Assembly: GCA_017445805.1 (NCBI GenBank) | Contig: JAFSSC010000005.1 | Location: forward strand, 43,683 to 107,682 | Reading direction: 5' to 3' | DNA length: 64,000 bases | DNA from: a bacterium | GTDB lineage: Bacteria > Bacillota_I > Bacilli_A > Mycoplasmatales > Mycoplasmoidaceae | Part shown: in pieces, positions 1 through 10,404 of the stretch | Numbering within the stretch: position 1 is the stretch's first letter | Layout of the letters: every line of letters starts with the position of its first letter | Notes under the pieces: model-generated | Databases searched by the model: none | Seen by the model: only the letters and a program-made list of their open reading frames with translations | What the model was told of the DNA's origin: nothing | Program-made: the position numbers and the translations under genes

Positions 1-165
1 ATGCTTATTATTGTGATCGACTCGCTTACTTCTTTCTTTTGTTTTACCACTACCGAATCGTTCATTAAATGCCAAATAACCAGTTATTCTACTTATATCA
101 ATGATGTGTGTTGAACCACAAACAGGACAAACTTTTTGATGGGGTTTTAGATAGACAGTTTTCAT
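1..165 (-). CDS. NrdD C-terminal glycyl-radical module encoded as a separate small ORF (3' end runs off the window)
   Basis: ATG at 165..163. Hand translation is MKTVYLKPHQKVCPVCGSTHIIDISRITGYLAFNERFGSGKTKERSKRVDHNNKH... This is the second CxxC of the class III RNR zinc ribbon, followed by the R-I-T-G-Y glycyl-radical loop and the K..RV.H tail. Compare the E. coli NrdD C-terminus CPKCG...RRVCGYLG...KQEEVKRRVKH. Confidence 0.7.
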   Translation of the reverse strand, partial: MKTVYLKPHQKVCPVCGSTHIIDISRITGYLAFNERFGSGKTKERSKRVDHNNKH

Positions 166-177
166 ATAAGTATTATA

Positions 178-690
178 TTAAAACAAATTGTTTTTTCACA
201 AAACAACTTTACCAATTTTTAAGCTTTTTTGAACATTAATAACTCGTTGATTAGTTGTACTAGGAAATTTATCTTTTTTATTCATCTTTTTTTTGTCAAA
301 TCTTCCATCAATTAACACATCCAAATTTGTTAATAAATCCTTAATATTGCTATCATCCTTCATTAAATTTTGTAACTCTTCCCATGTGTAGCCAGTAAAG
401 CATCAAATATTAATTTCATTTTTTTTAAATTTTTTAGCTAAATATGCAAAAGGAATAGGTTGTTGGAATGGTTCTCCACCACAAAATGTTACACCTGATA
501 AATATGTTTCTTCTAGTGTTTCGTTAATCAATTGGTCACAGTCACATATTTTTCCACCATCAAATGGTCAAGTATGTTGGTTAAAACATCCTTGACAATG
601 ATGATGACAACCTTGTGAAAAGAAAACTTTTCGTAAGCCTTCTCCATTTACATTTGAATTAGGTAAAATAGCAGCTAATCTAATTTTCAT
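178..690 (-). CDS. nrdG: anaerobic ribonucleotide reductase activating protein (radical SAM)
   Basis: MKIRLAAILPNSNVNGEGLRKVFFSQGCHHHCQGCFNQHTW... contains the CxxxCxxC radical-SAM cluster motif and GGEP. The frame is re-joined across 3 TGA codons and ends at TAA 180..178. The start overlaps the nrdD stop. Confidence 0.88.
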
Positions 691-2632
691 TATTATTTGA
701 GCAATCTGCACAATAACGAATAAAAAAATTAATTCCAATATAACCAATATTTGTTTTATCAAAAGCATATGTAACAACTTTGATTACATCATTAGTAGTT
801 GGGTACGAATCAAATTCAATAAACGAGATATGTCCACCATTACATAATTTATGATATGGTGCTTCGATTTTAACTTTATGAGCAATTGAGCAAGGATAAT
901 CAACAGGAACATGGAATGAATTTGTGTAAAATCCTTTTGTTGTAACCCAAGGAATTGGACCGTATAGTTTTTCATCAAGAACGGTAAATTTATCAGAAAG
1001 TCCTTCCGCAGGAGTCGCATAGCAACTAAAATTTAAATGATATTTTTTCTTAAATTTATCGCAATTATCTCTAATTGTTTTAACGATTTTTAAACCTAGG
1101 TTTTGAGCTTTGTCACTTTCACCATGATGTTTACCGACTAAAAGTTTAAGAGTTTCTGCTAAACCAATAAAACCAATTGCTCATGTTCCATTTTTCATTA
1201 CTGCTTCAATTGAATCCGTTCTATTTAATTTTTCTGATCCAACCATTAAATGCTGACCAGTAACAAAAGGCAAATCTTTAACCTTAAGTTTTTTTAGGAT
1301 TGAAAAGCGATGTAATAATTGGTCTTTAACCAAAACACACATTTTTTCTAGTAATTTAAAAAATAATTTAAGATTTTTTTTTGCTTTAATTGCTAAACGC
1401 ACTAAATTGATTGTGCATGGGGCATTGTTACCACGCCCATAGACACCATCTTTTCCATTAATATTAGATATTAAATATGTACGGCACCCCATTGTTGCTG
1501 GAATAATTCCTTCTTGATAGTACTGTTTATTAAAATCACTATCAATATTCATAAAAGTTGGATTCATTCGTAAACTAGCGACATGTGCAGCAAGTTCAAA
1601 TAAATAATAATATTTATCATTAGGTCTTTTATTAACTCCATCCTTTACGCGAAAAATAATATTAGGAAAAATTGGTTGTTCACCATTACCTAGTCCTTTT
1701 TCATATTCGAGCAATAAATATTTACAAATTAAAGCAGCATCATCATTTTTTGGGATGCCGATATTTAATGAGGAAAAAGGCACTTGACTACCCGCACGAG
1801 AATGCATTGTGTTTAAATTGTAGATTACTGCTTGCATTGCTTGTCTAATTTTTTTTTCAAGAATATTTTCAATAATTTTTTTATCTGTTACATCACCACC
1901 AATTTCTTTAATTGTGTTAATAATCTTTTTTCGTGTTAACGCAACGATATCAGCCAAATCATTATCGAAATTTGGGTGGGATTGCCCACCAAACATATCA
2001 TTTTGACTTGCCTGTAAAGCAATGCATAAAATAGCAGCGGCGGACTCAATATTCTTTGCTGGTAAAATTGTTCCATAACCAGTATTAAACCCTTCTTTTA
2101 GTAATTTATATGTCGGTAAATGTAAGCAATTTGTTGTTAAATTATAGCTATCTAAATCATGAATATAATAATCACCATTTTCATGGTATTGAGCAATATC
2201 AATTGGTAATAGTTTTGTTAGGATATGTCATTTATTTGCTTCGGAAGCGATTCGTAGTAATTTTGCAGAAAAATTATTACCAACATTAGCATTATCCTTA
2301 TCTGTTTGAATTCCAATTTTTGTAATAACACTCATTAAATTGGAATTTCGTTCACGGATTTTGCTTCGTTCTTTTCTATATGTTTCGTATTTTCTTGCTA
2401 ATTTCGAGTATTTCAATTTGTATAGTGTTGCAATAACGACATCTTGAATTGCTTCAACCGAATAATCTTTTTGTTTTTTATCTTTTAAATTCTTAACAAT
2501 AATGTCAGTAATATTGTTGACATCTATGCTTTTTAAAGAAAATTTATTTGCAATAACAGAAGCAATTAAAGCATTACTAATTTTTTTTGCATCAAAATCG
2601 ACAATTCGACCATCTCTTTTTATAACTTTCAT
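680..2632 (-). CDS. nrdD: anaerobic (class III) ribonucleoside-triphosphate reductase, large body without the glycyl-radical tail
   Basis: N-terminal ATP-cone (MKVIKRDGRIVDFDAKKISNAL...). Three track ORFs plus TGA codons join in one frame. The protein ends ...GINFFIRYCADCSNNNEN at TAG 682..680, immediately after the first CxxC pair only. Confidence 0.9.
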
Positions 2633-2641
2633 ATCAACCTT

Positions 2642-3202
2642 TTAATTATTCAATTTGCTTAATGCAATATTAATTGAGGAATTTAAACTAATTAATTGAA
2701 TTAATTTATAAGCTTTTTCAAAAATTTTTTTAAGACAATTAAAATCATCACGACTAAATTTGCCTAAAACATAATCTTTAATATTTTTATCTTTTGGTCG
2801 ACCAATTCCTATTTTAAAATGCAAATAATTATCTGTCTTAATTTTTGTGGAAATATCTCTTAACCCATTATGTCCGCCACATGAACAACTGATACGAGTT
2901 TTATATTTACCTAAATCTTGATCTAAATCATCAGAAAAAACAATTAGGTTTTCACTAGCAACATGATAGTAATTGAGTATTTTTTGAACACAATTACCAG
3001 ATAAATTCATTAATGTTGTTGGTTTAGCAAAAAGAAAATTATCGTTATTTATTTTTGCTAGTGTATAGAAACAATCAAAATTTTCTTGATCAAGTTTTAC
3101 TTTTAATTTCTTTAAAAAATAATCAACAACTAAAAAGCCAACATTATGTCTCGTATTTTCAAATTGTTTTCCGATATTGCCAAGACCAACAACAACTTTC
3201 AT
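2642..3202 (-). CDS. pth: peptidyl-tRNA hydrolase
   Basis: 186-aa uninterrupted ORF starting MKVVVGLGNIGKQFENTRHNVGF, the typical Pth N-terminus. Confidence 0.93.
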   Translation of the reverse strand: MKVVVGLGNIGKQFENTRHNVGFLVVDYFLKKLKVKLDQENFDCFYTLAKINNDNFLFAKPTTLMNLSGNCVQKILNYYHVASENLIVFSDDLDQDLGKYKTRISCSCGGHNGLRDISTKIKTDNYLHFKIGIGRPKDKNIKDYVLGKFSRDDFNCLKKIFEKAYKLIQLISLNSSINIALSKLNN

Positions 3203-3328
3203 AGAAAGAAATTATTTATATTTTACAAATAATTTTTTAAGTTTTAATATTAAATGAAAATGTTAGTTATTATTCCGTTAAATATTTTTTAATCTGTATA
3301 AATTTATGTGCAAAAAATAAAATAATAA

Positions 3329-4003
3329 TTATTTTGTTAGTTTTATACTTGGACCCATTGTTGAAGAAATTGTAATATTTTTGATATAGTCACCTTTTAC
3401 AGTTGCTGGTCTTTTTGACTTGATAAATGAAATTAGTGTATCAATATTTTCAACAATATCATTTGTTGGAGCGGAAATTTTTCCAATCTTCATATGTACA
3501 TTTCCATATGTATCAGTTCGGTATTGATTTTTACCTTTTTTAAATTCATTAATTGTTTTCACAATGTTTGTTGTTACAGTTCCAAGTTTAGGATTAGGCA
3601 TCAATCCCTTTGGCCCTAAAATTTTTCCTAATTTTGATAGACTAGGCATGAATTTTGGTACGGTAATGATTAAATCAAAATCAATTTGTCCATCTTTAAT
3701 TTCACTAATTACGTCGGTTTGACCAACTTTTATTCCAAGTTTTTTTGCTTCTTCATTTGAAATTTCATCAGTGATTGCTAAAATTTTTACTTGTTTTCCA
3801 TAATAATGTGGTAATGAAATTGTTCCTCTTAATTGCTGTTCAGCTTTGCTTGTATCAAGATTTAATTTTATTGCAATATCAATTGAAGCATCGAACTTTG
3901 TTTGGTTAATTTTTTTGATTAATTCCACACCATCTTTTGCTGAATAAATCTTTTTTTTATCGATTTGTTTAATAGCATTTAAATATTTTTTACTTCTTTT
4001 CAT
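3329..4003 (-). CDS. rplA: 50S ribosomal protein L1
   Basis: 224-aa ORF in the conserved rplK-rplA pair, with TAA stop. Confidence 0.95.
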   Translation of the reverse strand: MKRSKKYLNAIKQIDKKKIYSAKDGVELIKKINQTKFDASIDIAIKLNLDTSKAEQQLRGTISLPHYYGKQVKILAITDEISNEEAKKLGIKVGQTDVISEIKDGQIDFDLIITVPKFMPSLSKLGKILGPKGLMPNPKLGTVTTNIVKTINEFKKGKNQYRTDTYGNVHMKIGKISAPTNDIVENIDTLISFIKSKRPATVKGDYIKNITISSTMGPSIKLTK

Positions 4004-4005
4004 TG

Positions 4006-4458
4006 TTAATTTTTGTTGCTTTTATGAGAGCAATCAACCCCCTCAATTTCGATTCCCATTTGTTTTGCCGTTCCAGCAATAATTTTTAAAGCAGTTTCTT
4101 CATCATAAGCAGATAAATCTGGTAATTTATACTTAGCAATCTTTAACGCTTCTTCCTTAGATATTTTTCCAACTTTATCGGTTAATTGATTTTTCCCAGC
4201 TTTTTCAATCTTTAATGCTTTTTTTAATAAAAAAGAAACAGGGGAAGTTTTGATGACAAAATTAAACGATTTATCGCTATAAGCGGTAATTTCAACAGGA
4301 ACCAAATCCCCCATTCTTTCTTTTGTTTGCTCGTTAAATTGACGAGTAAACTCAGCCATATTTATTCCATAAGAAGCTAAAGTTGTACCTGGTTTTGCTT
4401 GTCCACCTGGTAAATGAACAATGGCTATTCTTGTTATCTTTTTTTGTTTAGCTACCAT
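4006..4458 (-). CDS. rplK: 50S ribosomal protein L11
   Basis: [24 protein letters not shown]... Start chosen at the ATG 8 nt downstream of a GGAGG Shine-Dalgarno (4471..4467), rather than the upstream track start. Confidence 0.93.
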   Translation of the reverse strand: MVAKQKKITRIAIVHLPGGQAKPGTTLASYGINMAEFTRQFNEQTKERMGDLVPVEITAYSDKSFNFVIKTSPVSFLLKKALKIEKAGKNQLTDKVGKISKEEALKIAKYKLPDLSAYDEETALKIIAGTAKQMGIEIEGVDCSHKSNKN

Positions 4459-4686
4459 AAGCAACACCTCCTTTATTAATAAAATATTTGAATGTTCTTA
4501 GTGTGGGTATGCGATTTATCAATCTTCCACAAACTAAACTATATTATGGATTATATCAAACATTTTTAGGTTAGATTAGCGATTAATAGAAATATACTTT
4601 GATAATTGGAAATTTTTGGTGAAATTATCAATATATTAAATAACGATTTAATTTATGATAATTATTAAAAGAAATTCATTTTAAGT

Positions 4687-5841
4687 GTGGACATAACGAA
4701 TAACGGAAAATATTGTCAAAAAGTCAATAACGGAACAATATACAAAAATTTGTATATGATTGATCGTTTTTTTAAAAAAGGGGGAATGGACAGTGAAATT
4801 TATTTAGGACATTATCTTTCTAATTGTGATGATAAAATAGTAATTAAAGTTATTTACAAACCAATTAATTGCCAACCAGAATATTGACAAAACATTATCA
4901 ATGAATCAATTACAAACCAACGATTATCGGGAAAACCAAATATTATTAAAACAATTGAATCATGAAATGATGGTGATAAAATTTTCATTATTATGGAATA
5001 TGTTGAAGGGATATCACTAAAACAATATTTGCATGAAAACGGACCATTTTTACCAAAAATAGCCTTGCATTATTTTTTAAAAATTCTTTTTGGTGTAAAA
5101 GCTATGCACGATTTAAAACACCAAATAATTCATCGTGATCTCAAACCGGAAAATATGATTATTAATACTAATTTAAACCAAATTACAATTATTGATTTTG
5201 GGATTTCAAGTGTCATTGAAAAAAAATACTCACATTTATTACATAGGGACGAGGTAAAAATTTATACAAATGAAACAAAAAATGAAATTTATGGCACCTA
5301 TTCATATCTTCTACCTGACATTATTGACAAAAACCAGTTTAATTACGATAGTCATGCTGCATACCAAGCGGGATTAACAACACAATTTGATTTTTTTTCA
5401 TTAGGGATTATTTTATATGAAATGGTTATGGGGAAACAACCATTTCATCTCGAAAACGGTGAAAAAGAAGAAAACATTTTGCTTAAACCACTAAAATATG
5501 ATATGCCTTGCATTTCATCAATAAATAAGACAATACCAAAAGCATTAGAAAATATTATTTTTCGTTGTATTGCTTGCAAAAAAGAAGATAAAAAATATCG
5601 TTATACAACGATTGATCAAATCATTGCTGATTGCAATATTTTGTTGGATAATTGGGATAATGATCACCAACAATTGATTAAACAAATTCACAATCGTGTT
5701 TTACAAGATTACCAAATTTTTAATCTTAATAAAATAAAAATGCATCAATATTTTTATCAACATTGATATTTTTTTGTAATCATGATTTGTTTCTTAATAG
5801 TTTGTATTTTTGCATTTGTTTACATGATAAAAATGTTATAA
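4687..5841 (+). CDS. Ser/Thr protein kinase (Hanks/PknB type) with C-terminal transmembrane tail
   Basis: Gly-rich loop KKGGMDSEIYLG and catalytic loop HRDLKPENMII, followed by DFG in IIDFGIS. Three pieces join across TGA in frame. The hydrophobic tail is WYFFVIMICFLIVCIFAFVYMIKML, stop TAA 5839..5841. The GTG start is uncertain. Confidence 0.85.
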
Positions 5842-5852
5842 ATAGGCAACCA

Positions 5853-5876
5853 TTATAGTTTTTAAAAAAACTATAA
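5853..5876. terminator. AT-rich palindromic hairpin between convergent genes (possible bidirectional terminator)
   Basis: ttatagttttt (5853-5863) and aaaaactataa (5866-5876) are perfect reverse complements. They sit between the kinase stop and the convergent R-like gene stop. Confidence 0.45.
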
Positions 5877-5976
5877 CCCATTTAAAATATTTTAATTGGC
5901 AACAATACCAATAATTAATGAATATTAAAAGATTTAACAAACATGATAGACTTTTATAGATAAAATATTACTATTA

Positions 5977-6713
5977 TTAAATGTTAGTTTTTTTTAATTT
6001 AGAATTATAATCAAGAAGTTTTAAATTTTCTTGATTTAATTTTAAAATATTACTATCAAAAGTACTAAATTTCTTTTCAATGTCACGTAATTTTTCTTTA
6101 CGATTGTTAATAAATTTCTCTAATTTATTGTTGTCACTAGCCAAAGCATAAAGATTTTTTAAAACATCTTTAATAGAAATATTCGTATCAACATTAAGAT
6201 TATTATTTTTCAAATCTTTAACAAATTTATCCTCTTTTAACATTATTTGTTGAGGACCATAATCATAAGATAAATATTTAGAATAATTCAATATATTGAT
6301 AATCTTACAAACATTTATTTTTCATTCTCCGTTTTCGTTTTTTTGAAATAGGATAATGAACAAAAAATAACGATTAATTTTTCGCTCTACTAGATACTTA
6401 AAAATTTTATTGAATGAAACAATGTTAGGAGAACCATTAATTTTTGTTCCCGTCTTCACATTAAAATAATAATCATTGTTGTTTTCCTTTAGTCAAAAAT
6501 CACCTAAACTTCTTTTATTTTTTTCTTTTTTTATTTGAAAATTTACAAAGTCATTTTTAATAAAAGTAACGGTTTGTGTATCAACATAACCTGCTATTGA
6601 ATGACCAGCCTCTTTTTTTCTAGCATATTAATAAAAGTATCATTCGATTGTAAAACTTTGTTTCAACTTTCATATAATTTTTTTTCTAAATTATTGATTA
6701 TTTGTTCGGTCAT
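5977..6713 (-). pseudogene. putative restriction endonuclease partner of the adjacent methylase, frameshifted at an A7 run
   Basis: ATG 6713..6711 lies 4 nt after the methylase stop. The reading MTEQIINNLEKKLYESWNKVLQSNDTFINMLEKK runs into the A7 run (T7 on the + strand, 6613-6619) and stops at TAG. The -1 frame then stays open for about 210 codons to TAA 5979..5977. There is no recognisable catalytic motif, so the call rests on position only. Confidence 0.5.
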
Positions 6714-6716
6714 ATT

Positions 6717-7522
6717 TTAAACTTGTGATATTTTACCTCCACTTCAAATTTTACTTGCTCGTTCTATTACATCACTAATATAACCAGCATTTTTCTTCAA
6801 ATATTTTATGAAACTTGGTAATTCTCTTAATTGTCAAATTCTTTGTTTTATAAAATTATTTGTTGGTATATATAAATAGTAGCAACTAACACTTTTAACT
6901 CCCTTTTTAGCATATTTTTTTAAATAATTCCATTCTTTTTTTGTACATTGAAAATCTTGAAAATGAAAACATGTTCTAACTATATTTCCTTTCATTTTTA
7001 TATCATTAAAATCACTAATTTTTCCTGTTAATTTTCCATTATTTTTAGTACATTCAAACTTATCACTTATATTAGTATGAAATCTACAACACACTTTTTT
7101 ATTACTATTTTTCCAATTTGTAGCAAAACTTGCACTTCAATAATGATTTTTGTTTAGCATGTTTGTCAAAAAAAATTTATTACCTATAAATAGTCATGGG
7201 CATATTAATAAATATTTTATTTTGTACTTTAGTAACATTTTAAAAAAATCATTTATTTTAGAAAAAGGTGGATTAGTTATAACAACATCATATTTTGAAT
7301 AATCGACATTAAACATATCATTAGATAATTTAACATTTAAATTTCATTCATTTTTTAGTACTTTGTAATATTCACTTTCTTTAGTATCACAAGGACAAAT
7401 AATTTTTTTGTTTGTTAAATTTTTTTAAACATTTCACATTGTTTTATAACAATTTCGCGTTTAGTATAAAATTCATCATTTTGTATCATCCCTTTTGTTT
7501 TTAATGTTTTATTTGGTACCAT
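6717..7522 (-). pseudogene. N6-adenine DNA methyltransferase, EcoRI-methylase-like family, frameshifted at an A7 run
   Basis: MVPNKTLKTKGMIQNDEFYTKREIVIKQCEMFKK runs into the A7 run (T7 on the + strand, 7420-7426) and stops at TAA. The -1 frame continues NLTNKKIICPCDTKESEYY...YDVVITNPPFSKINDFF... The NDEFYT, CPCD and NPPF motifs are arranged as in EcoRI-type methylases. Confidence 0.75.
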
Positions 7523-7590
7523 GAAATATTGTCGAAACTAATAAAAACTAGTTAATAATTAATCAAATTTTAATTCGTAATTCTAGTCTA

Positions 7591-7622
7591 ATTTTATGTA
7601 TATTATATTTTATGTATATTAT
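7591..7622. repeat. perfect 16-bp tandem duplication (attttatgtatattat x2)
   Basis: Read directly at 7591-7606 and 7607-7622, in the divergent intergenic region between the methylase and pepF. Confidence 0.9.
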
Positions 7623-7809
7623 AAAAACAAAATTTTTATTTTATTATTAATTCTATATCCTTATATAAATTGCATAATAATTGCGAAAAATGAAAATAAA
7701 TTAGCATCAAACTATGGTTAAATAATTTTATTTTTAAGTTAAATATTTGTTTAATGTCACATTACATTAATATATTAAAAACATATTAGTCATTTATATA
7801 ATTTTTTTA

Positions 7810-9624
7810 ATGGCACAGAATCAAAGTACAAAAAAATACGAATGAAATTTAGAACCGATTTTAAAAAATAAATCTTTATCTTGATGGATCGATGAATGGA
7901 AAAAGACTTTAGAATATGAAGTGCAAAATATTAATACTTTTTGCAATTCATTAAACACTTTTGAAAAATGATTGTGCAACATCAAAAGTAAAGAAAAAAT
8001 TAGTAATGTTATTGCCAACTATGTATCAAATCATAATTATGAAAACTTGAGTGATAATAAATGAATTGAACTGCAACAACAACTTTCATATATTGGCAAA
8101 AAATATGAAGAAAAATTAGCTAATTTGACTCATGTTTATCTTAAAAATGAAAAAACTATAAAAGAGTATCTTGCTAATAAAAAATTTCAAAACTATCAAC
8201 GAATGTTTGCATTAATTTTTAGGGAGAAAAAGCACATTTTACCATTAGAGCAAGAGAAACTATGAACAAAATTAACTGCTACTTCGTATGGATTTAATGA
8301 AATCTTTCTCACATTAAGTTGTAGCGATATTTCCTTTCCACCAATAAAAGATAAAACAGGTAAAGAAATTAAGATTATTTCCGCTTATGACTTAATTAAA
8401 TATATGGAGAGCAAAGACAGATGTCTCCGTAAAAATGCTTGAATCACCTTCCATCATGCATATTATCAATATATGAATACATTTAGTAAGACATTATTTA
8501 ATAATTTTTTAAATGCGAATAATTATGCCAAAGCCCGCGGATTCAAAAGCTATGTTGATGAGGTTTTTTTTAACGATGAAATTAATGAAAACATCTTATT
8601 TAGTATTTATAAAAGTGTCGAAAACTTTAAATCTATATATTTGAAATACAAAAAAATTAAAAAATGGATTTATCAAAAAATATTAAAAATTAATGACATT
8701 GAACCATGAGATCTTACAGCAAATTATTTAAAAATTGAAAATATAATGATTGAACAAGCTAAACAAATCGTTTTAAAAGCTCTAGTACCATTGAAAGAAG
8801 AATATTTGACTGTTGTTAAAAAAGCATTTGCACAAAATTGAATTAGTTTTTTACCAAAAAAAGGAAAGTACAATGGTGCTTATTCTATTGGTAGAACATT
8901 CGGTTTAGACCGTTATTTTATCCTAATGAATTTTAATAACTCACTTGATGCCGTAAGTACTCTGATTCATGAATTAGGTCATTCTGTTCATTCATATTTT
9001 TATGGAAAAAAACAAAACGATAAAAACAACTCTTGACCATATTGTGATGCGGATATTTTTTATGCGGAAATTCCAAGTATTTGTAATGAAACATTATTGT
9101 TTTTTTATAACTTAAAAAAATATGCAAAAAATTCCACAATTAAAAAATATTTGATCATGCAATTTATCGATAATTTTTTTAATTGTACAACAAGGCAAAT
9201 AATTTTTTCAAATTGAGAATATGCTGTTGCTCAAGACATTAATAATGAAAAAACTTTTACCGTTACAAGCGGTCTTGCACTATATAAGAAATTAATTGAA
9301 AAATACACAGGATTAAATGAATTTAAAAAAAAAGATGAAATATATCAATATCAATATTCAACGATTTTTCGTATAAGTCATTTTTATGCAAACAATCTTT
9401 ATGTCTATAAATATGCAATTGGACAAATCGTCGGTTTATATGTTGCAAAACGCATAACTGATAAAGAAATGTTAAAAAGATATTTTAATTTTCTGTCATC
9501 AGGCAGTTCGTTATCACCACTAGAAACAATTAAATTATTAGGAATTTCGCTAACCGATAAAGATATTTATATCGAAACAAAAAATGTTATTTCTGATTTA
9601 ATTGAAGAATTACAAAAAAAATAA
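7810..9624 (+). CDS. pepF: oligoendopeptidase F (M3 metallopeptidase)
   Basis: A 604-aa frame is re-joined across many TGA codons. It starts [20 protein letters not shown] and carries the zinc motif in [13 protein letters not shown]. Confidence 0.88.
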
Positions 9625-9648
9625 AAGTGCATATTGTCTATGCACTTT
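9624..9648. terminator. bidirectional intrinsic terminator hairpin
   Basis: aaagtgcata / ttgtc / tatgcacttt forms a perfect 10-bp stem followed by a T-run. It lies between convergent pepF and hup. Confidence 0.7.
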
Positions 9649-9668
9649 TATTTTTATCCATCTAATTA

Positions 9669-9953
9669 CTACTTCTTAAACATTAATTTGAATTCTTTTG
9701 AGAAAACAAATTTAGGTTTTTTGCAAGCAGGAATTGTCATAGGTTTTTTTGTAAAAGGATTAATACCTTTTTTTGCCTTAACTGACACAACTTTTACTTT
9801 TCCAAAAGGAAATTTAACTTCATTTCCACTTTTTAGTGATTTTTTTAGAAATGTACTCATTTCATCAAAAATTGAAGAAACTTGTGTTTTTTGTAATTTT
9901 GTCGCACTAGCAACAGCATCAACAAATTCCATCTTTGTAACAACTTTACTCAT
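9669..9953 (-). CDS. hup: DNA-binding protein HU
   Basis: 94-aa ORF MSKVVTKMEFVDAVASATKLQKTQVSSIFDEM...GINPFTKKPMTIPA with the HU/IHF fold signature. The overlapping + strand track ORF is antisense noise. Confidence 0.9.
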   Translation of the reverse strand: MSKVVTKMEFVDAVASATKLQKTQVSSIFDEMSTFLKKSLKSGNEVKFPFGKVKVVSVKAKKGINPFTKKPMTIPACKKPKFVFSKEFKLMFKK

Positions 9954-10058
9954 ATTCGAACCTTTCTTATTAAAATAATATTTATTTAATGATTATACGA
10001 ATATTTCGTAATTTTTACTATCATTTTATAAAAAAAAATATAATTTTTGTATTCTTGT

Positions 10059-10133
10059 GCACTGTTAGCTCAGGGGTAGAGCAAGTGACTCTTAATCACT
10101 GGGTCGGGGGTTCGAATCCCTTACAGTGCACCA
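10059..10133 (+). tRNA. tRNA-Lys (anticodon CTT)
   Basis: Cloverleaf folded by hand. The acceptor gcactgt pairs with acagtgc, the anticodon stem is agtga/tcact, the loop is ctCTTaa, the T-loop is ttcgaat, and CCA is encoded. Confidence 0.9.
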
Positions 10134-10134
10134 T

Positions 10135-10218
10135 GCACTCGTGGCGGAACTGGCAGACGCGTTAGACTTAGGATCTAATTCCTCGTGAGTAAGGGTTCAA
10201 GTCCCTTTGAGTGCACCA
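10135..10218 (+). tRNA. tRNA-Leu (anticodon TAG), class II long variable arm
   Basis: The acceptor gcactcg pairs with tgagtgc, the anticodon stem is ttaga/tctaa, the loop is ctTAGga, the T-loop is ttcaagt, and CCA is encoded. It starts 1 nt after tRNA-Lys. Confidence 0.88.
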
Positions 10219-10404
10219 TATATAAAGACAATTCATTTTTGTTATTTGTTATAATTAATACCGTATAAGAAAGTAGTTGTACAACTCGCCTGATTTTTAA
10301 GAAAAAGTCGGCATAAAGCTTATTACTTGTGATTTGTGCAATAGAATAAAACTCTTGTCATACTTTTTTATATTTTAACGATTCATTAAGGATAGACAAA
10401 CAAC

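Noticed and set aside
680-690. nrdD truncation as a simple frameshift or window-edge artefact.
   Set aside because: The nrdD stop (TAG 682-680) overlaps a complete, well-formed nrdG, and the radical-tail ORF has its own ATG after nrdG. No single indel can rejoin body and tail. Only the tail's 3' end is affected by the window edge.
9634-9978. Antisense track ORFs opposite conserved genes. Examples are 9634-9978 (+) opposite hup, 15206-15460, 16668-16856, 19644-19883, 21304-21696, 28402-28623, 40833-41090, 46160-46345, 47378-47611, 48623-48874, 49798-50085 and 60360-60713.
   Set aside because: Each lies wholly inside a well-supported conserved gene on the other strand. They have low-complexity, hydrophobic or odd composition and no start context. 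AT-rich genomes generate such shadow ORFs.
10219-10404. Possible L20-leader-type RNA upstream of infC. The same applies to L10/L11 leader RNAs at 31270-31408 and 4459-4686.
   Set aside because: The positions are right for ribosomal-protein autoregulatory leaders, and the spacers are long for this compact genome. I could not identify conserved helices by eye, and a covariance-model search (Rfam) is needed before calling them.
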